A stretch of 64,000 nt of DNA from an uncultured Alphaproteobacteria bacterium (GCA_902592345.1 CACJEE010000001.1:46038-110037), one strand, 5' to 3'. Positions 27,711 to 37,210 are shown, counted from the stretch's first letter. Numbers and translations are program-made. The notes: a model not told the origin generated them from the sequence alone.

Positions 27711-29057
27711 ATGTCTTTCCCAGAAAAGGTGGATTACGCAATTATAGGCGCAGGTATTCATGGTCTAAGCACTGCTTGGCATCTAGCTGCCAAATTAAAA
27801 GCCAAAGGAAAAGGTGATGGCTCCAAAATAGTTGTAATTGATAAAGACTCAATTGCGGCAGGTGCAAGCGGTGTTGCTTGTGGAGTGGTTCGTAATAATT
27901 ATTACCAACCTGCTATGAGAGAGTTAATGGCAATGTGTGTTGAAGTATGGGAGAGTGATGCAAAAAAATTTCATTATCATGATGTAGGTTATATGCAGAT
28001 AAGTCCTGAGTGTATGGAAAATGATGTTGCTGAAATTTATGCTCAGCAAAAAAATATTGGATACGACTCAGTTTTTATACAGGGTGAAAAAGACTCAGAA
28101 AATTATATGAAAAAAATGTTTGGTGATTGGCAAGCAAAAGGAATCACAAGTGTTTTGCATGAAAAAAGAGGTGGATATGCAAATAATACATCAGCTATTT
28201 ATGGTTTAGCAGATAAAGCTGAAGCAGAAGGTGTTCGTATCTTAACAGGGACAACAGTAAAGGGTTTTCAATATGGCTCTAACTCATCTGCTGTTACGGG
28301 CATTGAAACTGATAAGGGTTTAATAAAGTGTGATCAAGTAATAGTTGGGCCAGGGCCATGGGCAAAGTCTTTTTGGGATATGCTAGATCTGCCAAACAAA
28401 ATTACAATTAAGGGTGAAGATGGGAACATTCATAAAGATTATCCAATGTGGCATTATTGGATGTTAACTGAAGGAGTTTTAAGAGTTGATCCTAATTTTT
28501 TAAAAACTGACGACGGCAATATGCCTCCTGTTATTCATGTTGATACTGATGCACCTCTTTATTCAGACAGTGATAAGCAACATCTTATCACAGATAAATT
28601 GTGGGGAATATATTATAAGCCAGATTTTCATTTTGGAGGTATACAAGGTGGATCATCTCCTTATAAAGTTGGAGAACCTGGAGGAGAAGGGGTTAATGTT
28701 GATCCTTATGGAAATAAATCAGAAGATTTTGTTATTACTGATGAATTTGCTGATATGTGGAGTTCAGCTTTGGCTTTTTGTCATAAAAGATTTGAAGGAA
28801 AATCACACTTATTCAAAAAAGATGGGGGAGGCCTTGGTTGTTTTACGCCAGATTGCTTTCCTGTTTTTGATCAATTCAGAGAAAATGTATATTTAATTGC
28901 TGACTCTAATCATGGTTATAAAATGATTGGTGTGGGTAAATTAGTAGCTGACGAAGTTTTAGGTGAAAAAAGCTCATTATTAGAACCTTTTAGGTTTTCA
29001 AGATATGAGCAAGGAAAATTACATCCAACATCAAATAGTCCTTTTCCTTGGAGTTAA
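27711..29057 (+). CDS. FAD-dependent oxidoreductase (DAO/SoxB-like), candidate N-methylglutamate or secondary-amine oxidase/dehydrogenase
   Basis: 448 aa with N-terminal dinucleotide fold YAIIGAGIHGLSTAWHLA. First gene of the gmaS-mgs operon. Confidence 0.75.
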   Translation: MSFPEKVDYAIIGAGIHGLSTAWHLAAKLKAKGKGDGSKIVVIDKDSIAAGASGVACGVVRNNYYQPAMRELMAMCVEVWESDAKKFHYHDVGYMQISPECMENDVAEIYAQQKNIGYDSVFIQGEKDSENYMKKMFGDWQAKGITSVLHEKRGGYANNTSAIYGLADKAEAEGVRILTGTTVKGFQYGSNSSAVTGIETDKGLIKCDQVIVGPGPWAKSFWDMLDLPNKITIKGEDGNIHKDYPMWHYWMLTEGVLRVDPNFLKTDDGNMPPVIHVDTDAPLYSDSDKQHLITDKLWGIYYKPDFHFGGIQGGSSPYKVGEPGGEGVNVDPYGNKSEDFVITDEFADMWSSALAFCHKRFEGKSHLFKKDGGGLGCFTPDCFPVFDQFRENVYLIADSNHGYKMIGVGKLVADEVLGEKSSLLEPFRFSRYEQGKLHPTSNSPFPWS

Positions 29058-29101
29058 TATGATGTTGTATAGTTTTTATAATTCAATTGGGGGGAAATAA
29101 T

Positions 29102-30574
29102 ATGAGTGATTTAGAAAATTTTGTAAATCAACCAGGCAGAGATAAATTAGTTAAAGATGTAAGAAATAAAATAAAAGAATTAGGAATTACTTATATCTAT
29201 TATCAATTTGTTTCTGTAACAGGAAGAATTGTTGGTAAAGGTGTTCCTGCAGATCATTGGGAAACTTTAGCAGAAAAAGGATTTCAATTAGTTTACGGTG
29301 CTACAGCTAATTTATTTGTAGACAGGCATGGTGAATATATTGGATATGGACCTGAATCATCTGAACTTGTAGGTATTCCTGAACCTGATACATTTGTGCA
29401 ATTGCCTTGGGATAAAAGAGTTGCACGTGTTTGGTGTACTTGTTTTAGAAACAGAGAAGAAGATGAAAATCCTGGAGGACATTTAACATCTGATTGTCGT
29501 GGTAATTTAAAAATTTTCCAAGATCAATTTCAAGAAAAATTTGGAATGAATATGCGTGCTGGTACTGAGCCAGAAATGATGTGGTTGACTAAGAAAGATA
29601 ATGGAGAGCCAACAGGAGATGGATTTTCAAGACCTTATTGTTATCATATTGACCAATTTGAATCCTTAAGACCTGTATATATGAAAGTAATTGAATATTG
29701 CCGTGCTATGGGTCTTGATGTTATCCAAGGAGATCATGAAGATGCGCCTGGTCAATTAGAATTAAATTTCATGTATGATGATGTTTTAAGGAATGCTGAT
29801 AGACTAACAACTTATCGACAAATTTGTGCTCAAGTTGCAAGAGAATTTAATTTAATTGCTTGCTTTATGAGTAAACCTTTTATGGGTGTTTCTGCCAATG
29901 GATGTCATACAAATGTTTCACTTTGGAAAGGTGGAGAATTAAAATCGACACCTATTGGCAACAATCCACTACCAGGTATGGATCAAGTTTTTACACATAT
30001 TTCAGGAGGTGAAAATATGTTTATGCCTGATCCAAAAATAGATCCAGTTAAACCTGGCCCTGTTGGATTAAATAGTATTGCTGGTTTATTAAAACACTTA
30101 CCTGCTTTAACTTGTTTAGGATCTCCAACAGTTAATTCTTATAGAAGACTTTGGGATACAGGTTTCTGGGCACCAGTATATGCAGATTGGGGATATCAAA
30201 ACAGAACTTGTAGTGTTCGTGTTTCTGCCCCTGGCCGAGTAGAATACAGATCAGTAGATTCATCTCATAACCCATATCTAATGGGAGCTGGTATTTTAAA
30301 AGCTTTTGAAGATGGTCTAGATAATAAAATGGATCCAGGAGAACCTGAGAAAAAAAATATTTATGATGCAATGAAAGAAGGCAAAACAGTTGATAAACTT
30401 CCTTTAACTTTAGGCGAAGCTATTGATCGATTAGATAGTGATAAAGTGGTTAAAGCCGCATTGCCTGAAGATATGCTTAGAGTCTTTATGCATTATAAAA
30501 AAGATGAGTGGGAAAAATTCCTTTCTGCAGTTACACAATGGGATGTTGATACTTACTTGGACGTATTGCCATAA
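29102..30574 (+). CDS. gmaS: gamma-glutamylmethylamide synthetase (glutamine synthetase family)
   Basis: I take ATG 29102 (MSDLENF...), preceded by GGGGGGAAATAAT. GS catalytic-domain motifs are present (EPEMMWL, GCHTNVSLW, NSYRRL). Linked to mgsABC. Confidence 0.8.
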   Translation: MSDLENFVNQPGRDKLVKDVRNKIKELGITYIYYQFVSVTGRIVGKGVPADHWETLAEKGFQLVYGATANLFVDRHGEYIGYGPESSELVGIPEPDTFVQLPWDKRVARVWCTCFRNREEDENPGGHLTSDCRGNLKIFQDQFQEKFGMNMRAGTEPEMMWLTKKDNGEPTGDGFSRPYCYHIDQFESLRPVYMKVIEYCRAMGLDVIQGDHEDAPGQLELNFMYDDVLRNADRLTTYRQICAQVAREFNLIACFMSKPFMGVSANGCHTNVSLWKGGELKSTPIGNNPLPGMDQVFTHISGGENMFMPDPKIDPVKPGPVGLNSIAGLLKHLPALTCLGSPTVNSYRRLWDTGFWAPVYADWGYQNRTCSVRVSAPGRVEYRSVDSSHNPYLMGAGILKAFEDGLDNKMDPGEPEKKNIYDAMKEGKTVDKLPLTLGEAIDRLDSDKVVKAALPEDMLRVFMHYKKDEWEKFLSAVTQWDVDTYLDVLP

Positions 30575-30594
30575 TATAAGAAAGGATAATTAGT

Positions 30595-31536
30595 ATGTGC
30601 GGAATTGCTGGAATAATTCACAAAGGTAAATCTACAAACGTAGGTGGAGAAATGCAAAAAATGCTGCAATCTCTAAAACATCGAGGACCAGACTCAACTG
30701 GCTATGCTTTATATGGAAATGGTGAGTCGAATAATTATATTTTAAGATTTAAAGTTGGTGAAAATGTCAAAGAAGGTAGTTCTGCAGTAATGGAGGATGA
30801 AAGTGTCTATCAAGAAAGGGTAGAACAGGTAAATTCAAAAATATCTACTTCAGGCGCAACTCTTCATAAAGAAGAGCAGATCACCCCATATTCTTATAGA
30901 TATGTAATTTCTTATGATGGAGATTTACTTGATTTAGCAAAACAAATTGAATCAGTTGAAATGACAGAAATTTTATCTCTAGGTAAGTCACTGGAATTAA
31001 TAAAAGATATCGGTGATGCTTCAGTTGTTGCTAACCAATATGATCTCAGTGATTTTGCTGGTACTCATGGCATTGGGCACACTAGAATGGCAACTGAATC
31101 TGGTGTGGATATTCGTTCTGCTCATCCATATTGGGCGTATCCATTTAGTGATGTATCCGTTGTTCATAATGGTCAATTAACAAATTATTGGAATAATCGT
31201 AGAGCTCTTGAAAAAAAAGGGATGCGCTTTATGTCTACATGTGACTCTGAGCTAATTGCAGTTTATCTTGCTGATAAAATACGTAATGGAATAGATCTAG
31301 AAGAAGCGATGAGAGGATCCTTAGATGACTTGGATGGCGTGTTTACATATTTAGTCGCAACGAAAGATAAATTAGGAATGGCAAAAGATCATATGGCTGC
31401 TAAACCAATGGTATTGTATGAAAGTGATGATTTGGTAGCACTTGCTTCCGAAGAAGTTGCGATAAGAACCGTTCTTCCTGAAGAGATCGACACTTATGAT
31501 CCATATGAAGGAGAGGTAAAAGTATGGCAAGCATAA
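30595..31536 (+). CDS. mgsA: N-methylglutamate synthase subunit A (class-II glutamine amidotransferase-like)
   Basis: 313 aa with the N-terminal nucleophile MCGIAG and a GHTRMATES motif. Confidence 0.8.
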   Translation: MCGIAGIIHKGKSTNVGGEMQKMLQSLKHRGPDSTGYALYGNGESNNYILRFKVGENVKEGSSAVMEDESVYQERVEQVNSKISTSGATLHKEEQITPYSYRYVISYDGDLLDLAKQIESVEMTEILSLGKSLELIKDIGDASVVANQYDLSDFAGTHGIGHTRMATESGVDIRSAHPYWAYPFSDVSVVHNGQLTNYWNNRRALEKKGMRFMSTCDSELIAVYLADKIRNGIDLEEAMRGSLDDLDGVFTYLVATKDKLGMAKDHMAAKPMVLYESDDLVALASEEVAIRTVLPEEIDTYDPYEGEVKVWQA

Positions 31537-32366
31537 AAAAACATAAATCTACTGAAATGGGTTTGCATGATGAAGTTTTAACAGGCCGTACCCAACAAGT
31601 TTTTTTTAATCCAGAAGAGACAGAAAATTTCTTTTATCATGACGCCCATAAAGTTGACTTTAATAAAAGAACAGAAATTGATGCAAATAATTTAGAATGT
31701 ATTAATATCAATAGAAAAATAAACGAACTAATGGCTAAAGGTTATGGAACAATTGTCATAAAAAATCCTGGATCAAAACATAGTATAGGTGTTGGAATTT
31801 TAAATAAACTGAACTTAATTATAGAAGGTAGTCTTGGATATTTTGGAATAGGTTCAGTTGATGGGCCTGTTGTAAGAATATCTGGAAGAGTTGGCTGGTC
31901 TTGTGCTGAAAATATGATGGCTGGTAAAGTTGTTGTAGAAAAAAATGCCGGATCTTGTTTTGGAGCAGCAATTAGAGGTGGAGATTTAATTTGCAAAGGA
32001 AGTGTTGGCGCTAGATCAGGTATTGATATGAAAGGTGGCACTATTATAGTAGGTGGAGATGCCGGAGCCTTTACAGGCTTTATGATGCAACGAGGAAGAA
32101 TAGTTATTCTTGGAGATGTTGGTCCTAATTTAGGTGACTCACTTTATGATGGCACTATTTTTGTTGGAGGTTCAATTAAATCATTAGGCGCTGATGCTGT
32201 TGAGGCGGAGCTAACTGATTTAGATATAGCTTGGTTAAAAAGAAAAATAAAAGTTTCCGAAATTGATAAAAAAATTGATTATAAAAAAATTACAAAAATT
32301 GTTTCAGGAAAAAAATTATGGAATTACGATAATTTAGAACCAACTGAGAGAAAAGGTGCAATTTAG
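31524..32366 (+). CDS. mgsB: N-methylglutamate synthase subunit B (GXGXG-motif domain)
   Basis: 280 aa. Glycine-rich beta-helix repeats as in the GltB C-terminal domain. 13-nt overlap with mgsA. Confidence 0.8.
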   Translation: MASIKKHKSTEMGLHDEVLTGRTQQVFFNPEETENFFYHDAHKVDFNKRTEIDANNLECININRKINELMAKGYGTIVIKNPGSKHSIGVGILNKLNLIIEGSLGYFGIGSVDGPVVRISGRVGWSCAENMMAGKVVVEKNAGSCFGAAIRGGDLICKGSVGARSGIDMKGGTIIVGGDAGAFTGFMMQRGRIVILGDVGPNLGDSLYDGTIFVGGSIKSLGADAVEAELTDLDIAWLKRKIKVSEIDKKIDYKKITKIVSGKKLWNYDNLEPTERKGAI

Positions 32367-32379
32367 AAAGGATTGAATA

Positions 32380-33729
32380 ATGGCTAAAAAAAATAAAAAA
32401 AATACAGATAAAAGTTTATTAGGTCGTAATTCAATTTTTACTCCTGATGTAATAAACGATATTCATATTAAGTCGCAGTTAGGCAGATACCGTATGCGTG
32501 GTATGGCTCTTATGAAAAAAATACCTCACTGGGATGATTTAACATTCTTACCTGGCACTCTTACTAGATTTGTAATTGAAGGGTATAGAGAGAAATGTGA
32601 AACAAAGACTGTAATTGGTCCACGATGTAAAAACCCAATAGAATTAGATATTCCAGTTTATATAACTTCAATGAGCTTTGGCGCTTTATCTTATGAAGCA
32701 AAAACTGCACTTGCAAGAGGAGCAACAATGGCTGGAAGCGCAACATGTTCAGGTGAAGGTGGAATGATTCCAGATGAAAGAAGATATTCTCACAAGTGGT
32801 ATTATCAATGTATTCAATCTCGATATGGTTTTAATCCGCACCATGCTCAATTAGCGGATGGAATAGAAGTATTTATAGGACAGGGTCAGAAAGTTGGAAT
32901 GGGTGGACATTTGATGGGACAAAAAGTTACTGACCAAGTTGCTGAAATGAGGTCTTTACCCGCTGGTATTGATCAGAGATCACCGGCTAGACATCCTGAC
33001 TGGTTAGGGCCTGATGATCTGGCATTAAAAGTGCAGGAACTTAGAGAATTAACTGATAACCAAGTACCGATTCAATTAAAACTTGGTGCAGCTAAAGTTT
33101 ATGATGATGTTAGAATGGCAGCTAAATGTGATCCAGACTCTATTTATTTAGATTGTATGGAAGGCTCAACTGGTGCAGGCCCTCATATTGCTGCAGCTAA
33201 TACAGGTATTCCTGGTATAGCAGCCGTAAGAGAAGCAAGAAGAGCATTAGATGATGTAGGGAAATCAGGAGATGTTACTTTAATTTTTGCAGGTGGACTT
33301 AGAGATGGGGCAGATATGGCAAAAGCTTTAGCACTAGGCGCTGATTGTATTTCTGTTGGCACAGGTGCATTAGTTGCACTTAATTGCAATAAAGATATTC
33401 CGGAAGCTGATTTTGAAAAAGAATTAGGAGTAGAGGCAGGGTACTGCTATCATTGTCATACAGGAAGATGTCCAGTAGGTGTTGCAACCCAAGATCCTGA
33501 ATTAAGAAAAAGATTAAATCCAGATGATGCAGCGCTTAGGGTTTATAACTATTTACATGCGATGACCTTAGAGGCTCAACTTTTAGCAAGAGCATGCGGT
33601 AAAACCAACATTCATTCATTAGAACCAGAAGATCTTGCTGCATTGACTATGGAAGCATCTGCACTTGCAAAAGTACCACTTGCAGGAACAGATCATACAG
33701 TAGGTGTTGACAACTTCCATTCAATTTAG
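32380..33729 (+). CDS. mgsC: N-methylglutamate synthase subunit C (FMN-dependent glutamate-synthase-like domain)
   Basis: 449 aa with MSFGALS and GEGG motifs and a C-terminal GGLRDGADMAKALALGAD FMN-barrel pattern. Confidence 0.8.
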   Translation: MAKKNKKNTDKSLLGRNSIFTPDVINDIHIKSQLGRYRMRGMALMKKIPHWDDLTFLPGTLTRFVIEGYREKCETKTVIGPRCKNPIELDIPVYITSMSFGALSYEAKTALARGATMAGSATCSGEGGMIPDERRYSHKWYYQCIQSRYGFNPHHAQLADGIEVFIGQGQKVGMGGHLMGQKVTDQVAEMRSLPAGIDQRSPARHPDWLGPDDLALKVQELRELTDNQVPIQLKLGAAKVYDDVRMAAKCDPDSIYLDCMEGSTGAGPHIAAANTGIPGIAAVREARRALDDVGKSGDVTLIFAGGLRDGADMAKALALGADCISVGTGALVALNCNKDIPEADFEKELGVEAGYCYHCHTGRCPVGVATQDPELRKRLNPDDAALRVYNYLHAMTLEAQLLARACGKTNIHSLEPEDLAALTMEASALAKVPLAGTDHTVGVDNFHSI

Positions 33730-33738
33730 GAGATACAT

Positions 33739-34155
33739 ATGGTTAAGAAAAAAAATAAAAAAACTTTAAAAAAGAAAGTCAAATCTTCTAAACAAAAAGA
33801 TAAAGGCATTAAAACTGCTAGGGAAAAAATGATAGGTCAACATATTGGCTATCGCTATGATGTTAACCTATTACCTGATTATAATCGATTAACTCCCTTT
33901 TTAAAAAAATATATTGAGCACATGGGTTGGGATGATCTAAACTGGCTGGAAGATGTTCATATGGGATATGAAAATGGTAAACCTGCTGTGTTTGACAGAA
34001 ATATAAATGGATGGGTTACAACTCCACCAAAATTAAAATTGCCAAAAGATCAACAAGATCGAGATATGATAGCAAGAGAATTATTAATTAAATTTCAAAT
34101 GTCTTCAAATCACCCTCTTGTTGTATTAAAGAAGGCATATAAAAAATTTAATTAA
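33739..34155 (+). CDS. hypothetical protein with a lysine-rich N-terminus
   Basis: 138-aa ORF starting 9 nt after mgsC, with TAGGAG 6 nt upstream of the ATG. I recognise no family. Confidence 0.55.
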   Translation: MVKKKNKKTLKKKVKSSKQKDKGIKTAREKMIGQHIGYRYDVNLLPDYNRLTPFLKKYIEHMGWDDLNWLEDVHMGYENGKPAVFDRNINGWVTTPPKLKLPKDQQDRDMIARELLIKFQMSSNHPLVVLKKAYKKFN

Positions 34156-34253
34156 AATTTTTTAAAAGTTAATACAAAAATTTTTTATATTTAGCTCTTG
34201 CTTTTATAAGATTATATATATTTATGTATTGAGTTATTTTAGTTTATAATTTT

Positions 34254-35141
34254 ATGTGTGGTATAGTAGGTTTATATTTAAAAAAGAAAAAATTGCATAA
34301 TAAACTTGGGTTTTATTTAAGTGGTATGCTTGATAATATGTCATCAAGAGGACCGGACTCTGCAGGTTTTGCAATATATAATAATAAAGAATCAAAAAAA
34401 TATTATAAATATTCCCTTTGTTTAAATAACACATTATCAAGTGATTTTGAGCAAGTTGTTAATCAAAAATTTAAAGATATCACAATAAAAAATATTTCAG
34501 ATCATATAGTTGTTCAAACAACGACTACACCTAAAAAATTTATTTCTTATATTCATAAAAATTTTAGACTAATTTCATTAGTAGGTTATGGAAAATCAAT
34601 CGAAATTTTTAAACAAGTTGGAAATCCATCAGAAATAGTTAAAAAATTTAAGCTAGAAAATTTTTCTGGCTCACATGCAATCGGTCATACTAGAATGGCA
34701 ACTGAAAGTGCAATAACAGTCAATGGATCACATCCTTATTCAACTGGAGAAGATGAATGTTTAGTTCATAATGGCTCTTTATCTAATCACAACAATCTAA
34801 GAAGACAATTAATTAAAAAAGGTAAAACATTTGATTCTTTAAATGATACTGAAGTAGCTGCAGGTTATATAAGCCAAAAATTATCAGAAAATAAATCAAT
34901 GAAAAAAACTTTAACAGAATCTCTTACAGATTTAGATGGTTTTTATACTTTTATTGCTGGTACTAATAAAGGATTTGCTGTCTTAAGAGATGAAATTGCT
35001 TGTAAGCCTGCTGTCATAGCAGAAAATAATGACTATGTTGCTGTAGCTTCTGAATTTCAGGCTATGGCCCATCTTCCTTATGTTAATAAATCTAATATTT
35101 ATGAGCCAAAACCAGGAGTTGTATATACATGGGGAAAATAG
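34254..35141 (+). CDS. class-II glutamine amidotransferase-like protein, MgsA paralog
   Basis: 295 aa with the MCGIVG nucleophile and a GHTRMATES motif. By eye, far more positions differ from mgsA than match. Confidence 0.8.
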   Translation: MCGIVGLYLKKKKLHNKLGFYLSGMLDNMSSRGPDSAGFAIYNNKESKKYYKYSLCLNNTLSSDFEQVVNQKFKDITIKNISDHIVVQTTTTPKKFISYIHKNFRLISLVGYGKSIEIFKQVGNPSEIVKKFKLENFSGSHAIGHTRMATESAITVNGSHPYSTGEDECLVHNGSLSNHNNLRRQLIKKGKTFDSLNDTEVAAGYISQKLSENKSMKKTLTESLTDLDGFYTFIAGTNKGFAVLRDEIACKPAVIAENNDYVAVASEFQAMAHLPYVNKSNIYEPKPGVVYTWGK

Positions 35142-35824
35142 AAAATTTAGATTTTAAAAAAAACACTTTAAGAAAAATAAATAATTATCTCCAAAACATT
35201 AGTTATAAAAATAACAAAAGAGAATTTACTGTAAAAAATCCAAGTGGGCATCATGCTATATGTGCAGGATTAACTGAAAACATATTCGTAAAAATTAATG
35301 GACATGTTGGATATTATTGTGGAGGTATGAATCAAAAAGCACATATTACTATTAATGGTAATGCTGGGACTGGCTTAGGTGAAAATATGATGTCTGGTTT
35401 AATCCATGTAAAGGGTAATGCCTCGCAGTCTGCTGGTGCTACTGCACATGGGGGGACAATTATTATAGATGGTGACGCTAGCTCTCGCTGTGGTATTTCA
35501 ATGAAAGGTATTGATATAATTGTTAAAGGGTCTGTAGGTCATATGTCTGGATTCATGGCTCAATCAGGAACAATGCTTATTTGTGGTGATGCTGGTGAAG
35601 CACTTGGTGATAGTATCTATGAGACTGTTATCTATTTAGCAGGAAAACCAAAGAGTTTAGGTGTTGACTGTGTTGAAAAAAAAATAAACAAAAAAGATAT
35701 AAAAAAAATTGAAGATTTATTGAAAACTGGAAAGATAAAAAAATTTAAAGTAAAAGATTTTAAAAAATTTGGATCTCAGAGAAAACTATATAATTTTAAT
35801 ATAGATAACGTCTCTGATTATTAG
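35129..35824 (+). CDS. GXGXG-motif protein, MgsB paralog
   Basis: 231 aa of glycine-rich repeats. It has the same 13-nt overlap with the upstream gene as the mgsA/mgsB pair. Confidence 0.8.
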   Translation: MGKIENLDFKKNTLRKINNYLQNISYKNNKREFTVKNPSGHHAICAGLTENIFVKINGHVGYYCGGMNQKAHITINGNAGTGLGENMMSGLIHVKGNASQSAGATAHGGTIIIDGDASSRCGISMKGIDIIVKGSVGHMSGFMAQSGTMLICGDAGEALGDSIYETVIYLAGKPKSLGVDCVEKKINKKDIKKIEDLLKTGKIKKFKVKDFKKFGSQRKLYNFNIDNVSDY

Positions 35825-35825
35825 T

Positions 35826-37157
35826 ATGGCAAAAAAGAAAAAAAAAATATTCACAACTCCACGTAAATCATGGACTTTTGACGATTATACAAATTCAGAA
35901 ATAAGAAGAGCAGCTGCAACTGGTATTTATGATATTCGTGGTGGTGGCTCAAAAAGAAAACTACCTCATTTTGATGACCTACTTTTTTTAGGAGCATCTA
36001 TGTCTCGGTATCCTCTTGAGGGTTATAGAGAAAAATGTTTAACGAATGTTGTTTTAGGATCACGTTATGCAAAAAATCCTTTAGAACTTGATATTCCAAT
36101 AACAATTGCAGGTATGAGTTTCGGAGCATTATCTGGCCCGGCTAAAGAAGCTTTAGGTAGGGGTGCATCTATAGCTGGAACCTCAACTACAACTGGAGAT
36201 GGAGGTATGACCAAAGAAGAGAGAGGTCAATCTAAAACACTTGTATACCAACTTCTTCCTTCTCGTTATGGAATGAATCCTGAAGATTTGAGAAAAGCTG
36301 ATGCAATTGAAGTTGTTATTGGTCAAGGAGCAAAACCTGGTGGTGGAGGTATGTTATTAGGTCAAAAAATTAGTGACCGTGTGGCAGAAATGAGAGATCT
36401 ACCCAAAGGGATAGATCAAAGATCAGCATGCCGACATCCTGATTGGACAGGCCCTGATGATCTAGCGATAAAAATTACTGAACTTAGGGAAATAACACAA
36501 TGGAAAGTCCCTATCTTTGTTAAAATTGCAGGAGCTAGACCGTACTATGATACTGCCTTAGCTATAAAAGCGGGAGCTGATGTAGTTGTGCTTGATGGTA
36601 TGCAGGGTGGAACAGCAGCAACTCAAGAAGTTTTTATTGAAAATGTTGGACAACCTACATTAGCTTGCATACGTCCCGCAGTCGACGCACTTCAAGATTT
36701 AAATATGCATCGAAAAGTGCAACTTATTATTTCTGGAGGCATTCGAAATGGAGCCGATGTGTCTAAGGCACTTGCTTTAGGTGCAGACGCCGTATCAATT
36801 GGGTCGGCAGCTATGATAGCGATTGGTGATAATGATCCTAAATGGGAAAAAGAATATAAAAAACTTGGAAGTGTATCCGGAGCATATGACGATTGGCATG
36901 AAGGTAATGATCCTGCGGGTATATCTACTCAAGATAAAAATTTAATGAAAAGATTAGATCCTATTAAAGCAGGTAAAAAATTATCTAATTATTTAAAAGT
37001 TATGACTTTAGAAGCACAAACAATAGCAAGGGCTTGCGGTAAAAATAATTTGCATAATTTAGAACCTGAGGATCTTTGTGCTTTAACTGTTGAATCTGCT
37101 GCTATGGCTCGAGTTCCTTTAGCTGGCACGAACTGGATACCTGGTTTTGATAAATAA
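35826..37157 (+). CDS. FMN-dependent glutamate-synthase-like protein, MgsC paralog
   Basis: 443 aa with MSFGALS, GDGG and GGIRNGADVSKALALGAD motifs collinear with mgsC. Confidence 0.8.
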   Translation: MAKKKKKIFTTPRKSWTFDDYTNSEIRRAAATGIYDIRGGGSKRKLPHFDDLLFLGASMSRYPLEGYREKCLTNVVLGSRYAKNPLELDIPITIAGMSFGALSGPAKEALGRGASIAGTSTTTGDGGMTKEERGQSKTLVYQLLPSRYGMNPEDLRKADAIEVVIGQGAKPGGGGMLLGQKISDRVAEMRDLPKGIDQRSACRHPDWTGPDDLAIKITELREITQWKVPIFVKIAGARPYYDTALAIKAGADVVVLDGMQGGTAATQEVFIENVGQPTLACIRPAVDALQDLNMHRKVQLIISGGIRNGADVSKALALGADAVSIGSAAMIAIGDNDPKWEKEYKKLGSVSGAYDDWHEGNDPAGISTQDKNLMKRLDPIKAGKKLSNYLKVMTLEAQTIARACGKNNLHNLEPEDLCALTVESAAMARVPLAGTNWIPGFDK

Positions 37158-37210
37158 TTTTTAATTTATAATTTCGTATTACAAATAAATTTTTATAGAT
37201 AAGTAAATTG

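Noticed and set aside
28537-28896. 119-aa alternative-frame ORF inside the FAD oxidoreductase gene
   Set aside because: It is on the same strand in a different frame within a gene whose main frame shows clear flavoprotein motifs, so it is a chance ORF.
31742-32041. Pro-rich 99-aa antisense ORF in mgsB; a similar case occurs at 33183..33389 in mgsC
   Set aside because: Antisense reading of Gly-rich (GGN) repeats yields Pro-rich open frames. This is an artefact of the GXGXG domain.
32380-35870. A-run-encoded Lys-rich N-termini of mgsC, ORF138 and the mgsC paralog as slippery or phase-variable tracts
   Set aside because: In a genome this AT-rich, AAA/AAG runs are expected by composition. The frames are intact, and nothing in a single sequence indicates length variation.
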